NCBI GenBank assembly: GCA_964016885.1
Contig: OZ024740.1
Coordinates: 352,532,001-352,596,000, forward strand
DNA: 64,000 bases
Source of the DNA: Eledone cirrhosa
Taxonomy: Eukaryota
Direction: 5' to 3'
Within the stretch, counting starts at the first letter, position 1, and every line of letters starts with the position of its first letter. Under the pieces are notes generated by a model, which did not search any database, was not told where the DNA came from, and saw nothing but the letters and a program-made list of their open reading frames with translations. Below are positions 59,097 through 64,000 of the stretch, piece after piece. The position numbers were made by a program, and so were the translations under genes.

Positions 59097-59153
<57 letters not shown>

Positions 59154-59212
59154 CAAATTATAAAATAAGAAGAAGTAATAGACACAGTTATATACCTGTT
59201 TTTTCTTCAAAG

Positions 59213-59303
59213 TCACGACTGTACAGTTTCGCTGGTCAGTTTGCAACAATTTTACATTATAGATGTGCAATATTGTTGTGAGGCACACCAGGTTTTCAAG
59301 GAT
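59213..59303 (-). ncRNA. Type-I hammerhead, U3-A8 variant with long helix II (helix I weak)
   Basis: ATCC-TTGAAAA-CCTGGT..CAACAAT...ATTGTTG..ACCAGC-GAAA-CTGTACAG-TC; helix III palindrome ACTGTACAGT. Confidence 0.68.
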
Positions 59304-59635
59304 CTCCTTGGGGAAAGTACGCTTTCCAGACACGTTCGCAGCAGGTGAGAAAACCTCAAAGCGGGGGGAGAAATTACCACATGAAACACCGGTCAAGAAA
59401 GGGGACTGAATCCCTTGTCGCAGTGAAAAATATCTCAAAGGCGGAGGGAGAAATTAATACATGATACAGAGTTTACAGGCAGGTGGTAAGGTTGACTGAA
59501 AGCGGTTATAGTGTTTGCTTAAAAGCAGTTACTATACTTTCGGGTTAACTCGACCATGAGGGAGTTTGAGACAATATCATAATGAGAGACACACACATAT
59601 GTGTATACATACATACACACGTATATATATATATA

Positions 59636-59725
<90 letters not shown>

Positions 59726-59784
59726 TTGAAATAAAATGAAAACGAAATTTCATTTCTCACTCTTAGTACGGCACTTACTTAAAT

Positions 59785-60133
59785 GTAAGTATGTGTGTAT
59801 ACGTACATACATATATGTATACAGACGTACAGTAGCATGCATATATATATATATATATACATACAGGTACACATACATATATGCACGTATCAGTTTAGTA
59901 TATACTTTCGAACGTTCAACTATCTGACAGATGGGTATACGGTGCTGATGATAGCTAACAAGCTTGAAACTAGTACATCGTTCCTGTGTCAGTGTTGAAC
60001 AAAAAGGTGACGTGGTTGCCTTAACACCGTACGGCATAAAAATTCAGGCTGTTCAGTTTGTTTACAAACGAACAAAGCGGCGTTATAATAAGCGTCCGCT
60101 AAACTGATACGTGCATATATGTATGTGTACCTG

Positions 60134-60215
<82 letters not shown>

Positions 60216-60268
60216 TGCTACTGTACGTCTGTATACATATATGTATGTACGTATACACACATACTTAT
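59785..60268. repeat. Inverted repeat, arms 59785-59898 and 60099-60268, ~200-bp spacer
   Basis: TAAGTATGTGTGTATACGTAC...GCACGTATCAGTTTAG and its reverse complement; the internal (TA)n differs in length between arms. Confidence 0.88.
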
Positions 60269-60589
60269 ATATATCTCTCTCTGCTCAATAGCCTTCGTTC
60301 GTGTTGGTACTATTCTCTAAGCGCTCATATATTCACCTAGCTTATGCTAAACAGAATAATTTTTGAAGCTTGTTTCTCCCCTACGGTATGCTATATTTTC
60401 TGTTGTTCTCCTGTCTCACTCGCTTTACGCGTTTTAATTGTCCTAATAACTTATTTTGGTTATTATTGCACCGAAGTGAGATATATGATTTTTAATGCAA
60501 TGAAATATCTATGATCTTCGGCAAATCACTGATGAGGGACTTATTTTATTACATGTTACCATGTGCTACCTGCAGTATTTTTCTCTATA

Positions 60590-60651
<62 letters not shown>

Positions 60652-60899
60652 AGTGTGTGTGGTGTCGACCTAAACCAGTTTTGCTCTATGACTACGAGAG
60701 ACAAAATAATCGAAATATTTTTAGTTTCAAAAGATCCCGTTAAGGGTGAAAGCAGCGATTCTTTGCTTGAACTTTAATTTGTTATTTTAATATATATATA
60801 TATATATATATAATTATAGATTCTTGTACAGATATTTTTGCATACACAAAAACAAAATATAAACAAACGTATTTATTTCACGAAATAGCTTTTTTTTTT

Positions 60900-61085
60900 T
60901 TATCTAAAGACATATTTTCCAATTTCACCCCGCCCGTCCCTTCAATCTATCTTATTTCTCATTCTTTCTTCTGACGAAGGACTAGCGTCCGAAACGTTAA
61001 GACCCTTTTCCTGGTATTTCAACCTAATATATTCCTTCCATATACTGTGCCGATTGTATTGTTATTTCTGGTTACCTTTTACATA
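60900..61085 (+). mobile_element. Solo pLTR of the 46160 family with intact minimal HHR (60967-61002)
   Basis: TCTT-CTGACGA-AGGAC-TAGC-GTCC-GAAA-CGT-T-AAGA. Confidence 0.88.
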
Positions 61086-61239
61086 CATATATGTATATAT
61101 ATATATAGTCGGGACTTTGAAGAAAAAATAGGTATATTTTTGTCTATTATTTCCTCATATTTTATAATTTGATATATACATATAATTACCCGATAGATGA
61201 ATATGAATAAGTATTATATATATATATATATATCCATGT

Positions 61240-61288
61240 CATGTTTGATGATCCTGTGAGTGCACAGGTGAAACTTCAGAGCAACATG
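61240..61288 (+). ncRNA. Degenerate hammerhead; partial inverted copy at 63472-63521, related fold-back at 54290-54392
   Basis: CATGT-TTGATGA-TCCTGTG-AGTG-CACAGGT-GAAA-CTTCAGAG-CA-ACATG. Confidence 0.65.
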
Positions 61289-61305
61289 ACTCATCTATTA
61301 GCCAT

Positions 61306-61339
<34 letters not shown>

Positions 61340-61344
<5 letters not shown>

Positions 61345-63146
61345 GACGTAAAATAAGAAAATTAAAAAAATTAAAAATCAACTTACTTACTAAAATTTTC
61401 ACTCCAACTAATTAGTTTCTGTAAGGGGATAAATATAGTTACGTAATATAACTATAGAGAATTCCTTACGTCATCAGGGAGTCTATTCTCAGCTAAGTTC
61501 CCAGGCGATGCGCGGACACTAGGAACCCATATAAAAATAATAATTCAGTGGATGGAATAAAGCTAGCGAGGACTAAATTCCAGAGCACTGAAAAAATTCA
61601 CTGCCTCTGGTCAGTGGCAGATTCTAAAGAATCAGTCACGTGACACTGAGGTTAATCAGTTAGGAGCGGGGTGGTATTATGACAAGAGCTTACTACTACC
61701 ATGAATCAGCAGTAAATTTTGGCAAGTTTTGCTCAACAAATAATTTGGAGATAAATATAGAGAATTAGTACATCTACCAACATATGTGTACAGATGTACA
61801 CCCATGCTAGCAAATATATATGTTATGTCTTAGTACCTTTGTGGTTCTATGCAGGGGAATGCAGAACAATTATATGAAAAACGTAAAATAAGAAAATTTT
61901 AAAAATTAAAAATCAACTTACTAAAATTTTCACTCCAACTAATTAGTTTCTGTAAGGGGATAAATATAGTTACGTAATATAACTATAGAGAATTCCTTAC
62001 GTCATCAGGGAGTCTATTCTCAGCTAAGTTCCCAGGCGATGCGCGGACACTAGGAACCCATATAAAAATAATAATTCAGTGGATGGAATAAAGCTAGCGA
62101 GGACTAAATTCCAGAGCACTGAAAAAATTCACTGCCTCTGGTCAGTGGCAGATTCTAAAAAATCAGTCACGTGACACTGAGGTTAATCAGTTAAGAGCAG
62201 GGTGGTATTATGACTAGAGCCTACTACTACCATGAATCAGCAGTAAATTTTGGCAAGTTTTGCTCAACAAATAATTTGGAGATAAATATAGAGAATTAGT
62301 ACATCTACCAACATATGTGTACAGATGTACACCGCCTGGGAACTTAGCTGAGAATAGACTCCCTGATGACGTAAGGAATTCTCTATAGTTATATTATGTA
62401 ACTATATTTATCCCCTTACAGAAACTAATTAGTTGGAGTGAAAATTTTAGTAAGTAAGTTGATTTTTAATTTTTAAAATTTTCTTATTTTTCGTCTTTCA
62501 TATAATTGTTCTGCACCCCCCTGCATAGAACCACAAAGGTACTAAGACATAACATATATATTTGCTAGCATGGGTGTACATCTGTACACATATGTTGGTA
62601 GATGTACTAATTCTCTATATTTATCTCCAAATTATTTGTTGAGCAAAACTTGCCAAAATTTACTGCTGATTCATGGTAGTAGTAGGCTCTTGTCATAATA
62701 CCACCCCGCTCCTAACTGATTAACCTCAGTGTCACGTGACTGATTCTTTAGAATCTGCCACTGACCAGAGGCAGTGAATTTTTTCAGTGCTCTGGAATTT
62801 AGTCCTCGCTAGCTTTATTCCATCCACTGAATTATTATTTTTATATGTTTTCCTAGTGTCCGCGCATCGCCTGGGAACTTAGCTGAGAATAGACTCCCTG
62901 ATGACGTAAGGAATTCTCTATAGTTATATTACGTAACTATATTTATCCCCTTACAGAAACTAATTAGTTGGAGTGAAAATTTTAGTAAGTAAGTTGATTT
63001 TTAATTTTTTAAATTTTCTTATTTTACGTCTTTCATATAATTGTTCTGCATCCCCCTGCATAGAACCACAAAGGTACTAAGACATAACATATATATTTGC
63101 TAGCATGGGTGTACATCTGTACACATATGTTGGTAGATGTACTAAT

Positions 63147-63148
<2 letters not shown>
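61340..63148. mobile_element. Retrozyme-like array, ~535-bp monomer, tandem then inverted tandem; HHRs 61401-61482 and 61932-62013 (minus), 62358-62439 and 62893-62974 (plus)
   Basis: Homologous to the 29655 array; orientation switches at ~62333; microsatellite on both sides. Confidence 0.92.
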
Positions 63149-63180
<32 letters not shown>

Positions 63181-63247
63181 GTGGTAGAACACTGGAAGGT
63201 AATATCCGTAGTGGTAGAGCACTCAGTCCATGGGACGAGTTAGGTAG

Positions 63248-63395
63248 AAGTGGTTACACAACAGTTAGTTCACCATACCGAGAACAATTGTTTCACCTTA
63301 GCGAATCCTCAGCTCGTAATGGTCCATTACGAGCTGAGGACCCGCTAAGGTGAAACAATTGTTCTCGGTATAGTGAACTAACTGTTGTGTAACCA

Positions 63396-63398
<3 letters not shown>
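63248..63398. mobile_element. 150-bp palindrome with two head-to-head minimal hammerheads (63279-63316 minus, 63330-63367 plus)
   Basis: Centre GTAATGG-T-CCATTAC. CGAG-CTGAGGA-CCCGCTAAGGT-GAAA-CAATTG-TT-CTCG. Confidence 0.85.
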
Positions 63399-63475
<77 letters not shown>

Positions 63476-63810
63476 GGCTAATAGATGAGTCATGTTGCTC
63501 TGAAGTTTCACCTGTGCACTCGATATACGGTAGTTCTTTATACGGTAAATTCACAGATACGGTTTTGGGTAATTACTACCATCAATTCTATTTACGGTAA
63601 AAAATTTCACAGATACGGTTTTTGGTCGTGTTTGGTTTATATTGTACCGTAGCGCCACCTGTAGTAAGCAATAAATTCCCCCTTGAATTCGTGGAAACTG
63701 ACAGCTATTCGAATTCTAGGAAAATTGTGTTACTACTGCTATCATACTAACTGACCTTACCGAGAAACTGGCCAATCACGAGCGAGTTCAGATATTGGTC
63801 GATGACGTAA

Positions 63811-63902
63811 TAACTCTTAACTGATCACTTCAGTTCGGCAAACTAGCGTGTCCTCTCAGTGAGAGAATTTTTGCCGAACTGAAGTGATCAGTTAAGAGTT
63901 AT
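63811..63902. repeat. Inverted repeat, ~32-bp arms
   Basis: TAACTCTTAACTGATCACTTCAGTTCGGCAAAA ... TTTTGCCGAACTGAAGTGATCAGTTAAGAGTTA. Confidence 0.85.
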
Positions 63903-64000
63903 GAAGTCATTCAAAGCAAGAGAAAACCCGACGGCGTGTTTTTGGAGTATAATTATCACGGCATATCTTATAACCCCATATCTCATGACCCCAAAACATC

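Noticed and set aside
60525-60560. CTGATGAGGGAC as a hammerhead
   Set aside because: No matching helix II 3' strand, GAAA or helix III downstream.

Overview
Eukaryotic, very AT-rich, repeat-dominated DNA, most likely from an octopod cephalopod (inferred from the SINE family and the (TA)n/(CA)n landscape; not verified). The only clear host gene is the 5' half of an SLC38A7-like lysosomal amino-acid transporter: five minus-strand exons at 17988->12339, with M-box/CLEAR-like motifs just upstream. A lone SLC38-like terminal exon lies on the plus strand at 52442-52650. The rest is mobile DNA: RTE, CR1 and CRE-like LINE remnants, about 12 tRNA-type SINE copies, non-autonomous Helitrons, a TTAA MITE and at least nine Penelope-like elements (PLEs; RT and/or GIY-YIG). 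Reading by eye I find about 36 type-I hammerhead ribozyme (HHR) motifs, nearly all at 19.6-63.4 kb, most with palindromic helix III. The most striking system is a set of non-coding, (TA)n-embedded tandem arrays with 535-657 bp monomers and one HHR per monomer (29655-31468, 39130-40100, 61340-63148). These look like retrozyme/circular-RNA elements. Their HHRs have an enlarged helix II with compensatory changes between three variants, and one variant is fused in inverted orientation to a PLE ORF. Also present: HHRs with a U3-A8 core swap, HHRs with 85-90 nt helix II domains, and small hairpin-tipped palindromes carrying two head-to-head HHRs. All structures are by-eye predictions; no alignment or database search was run.
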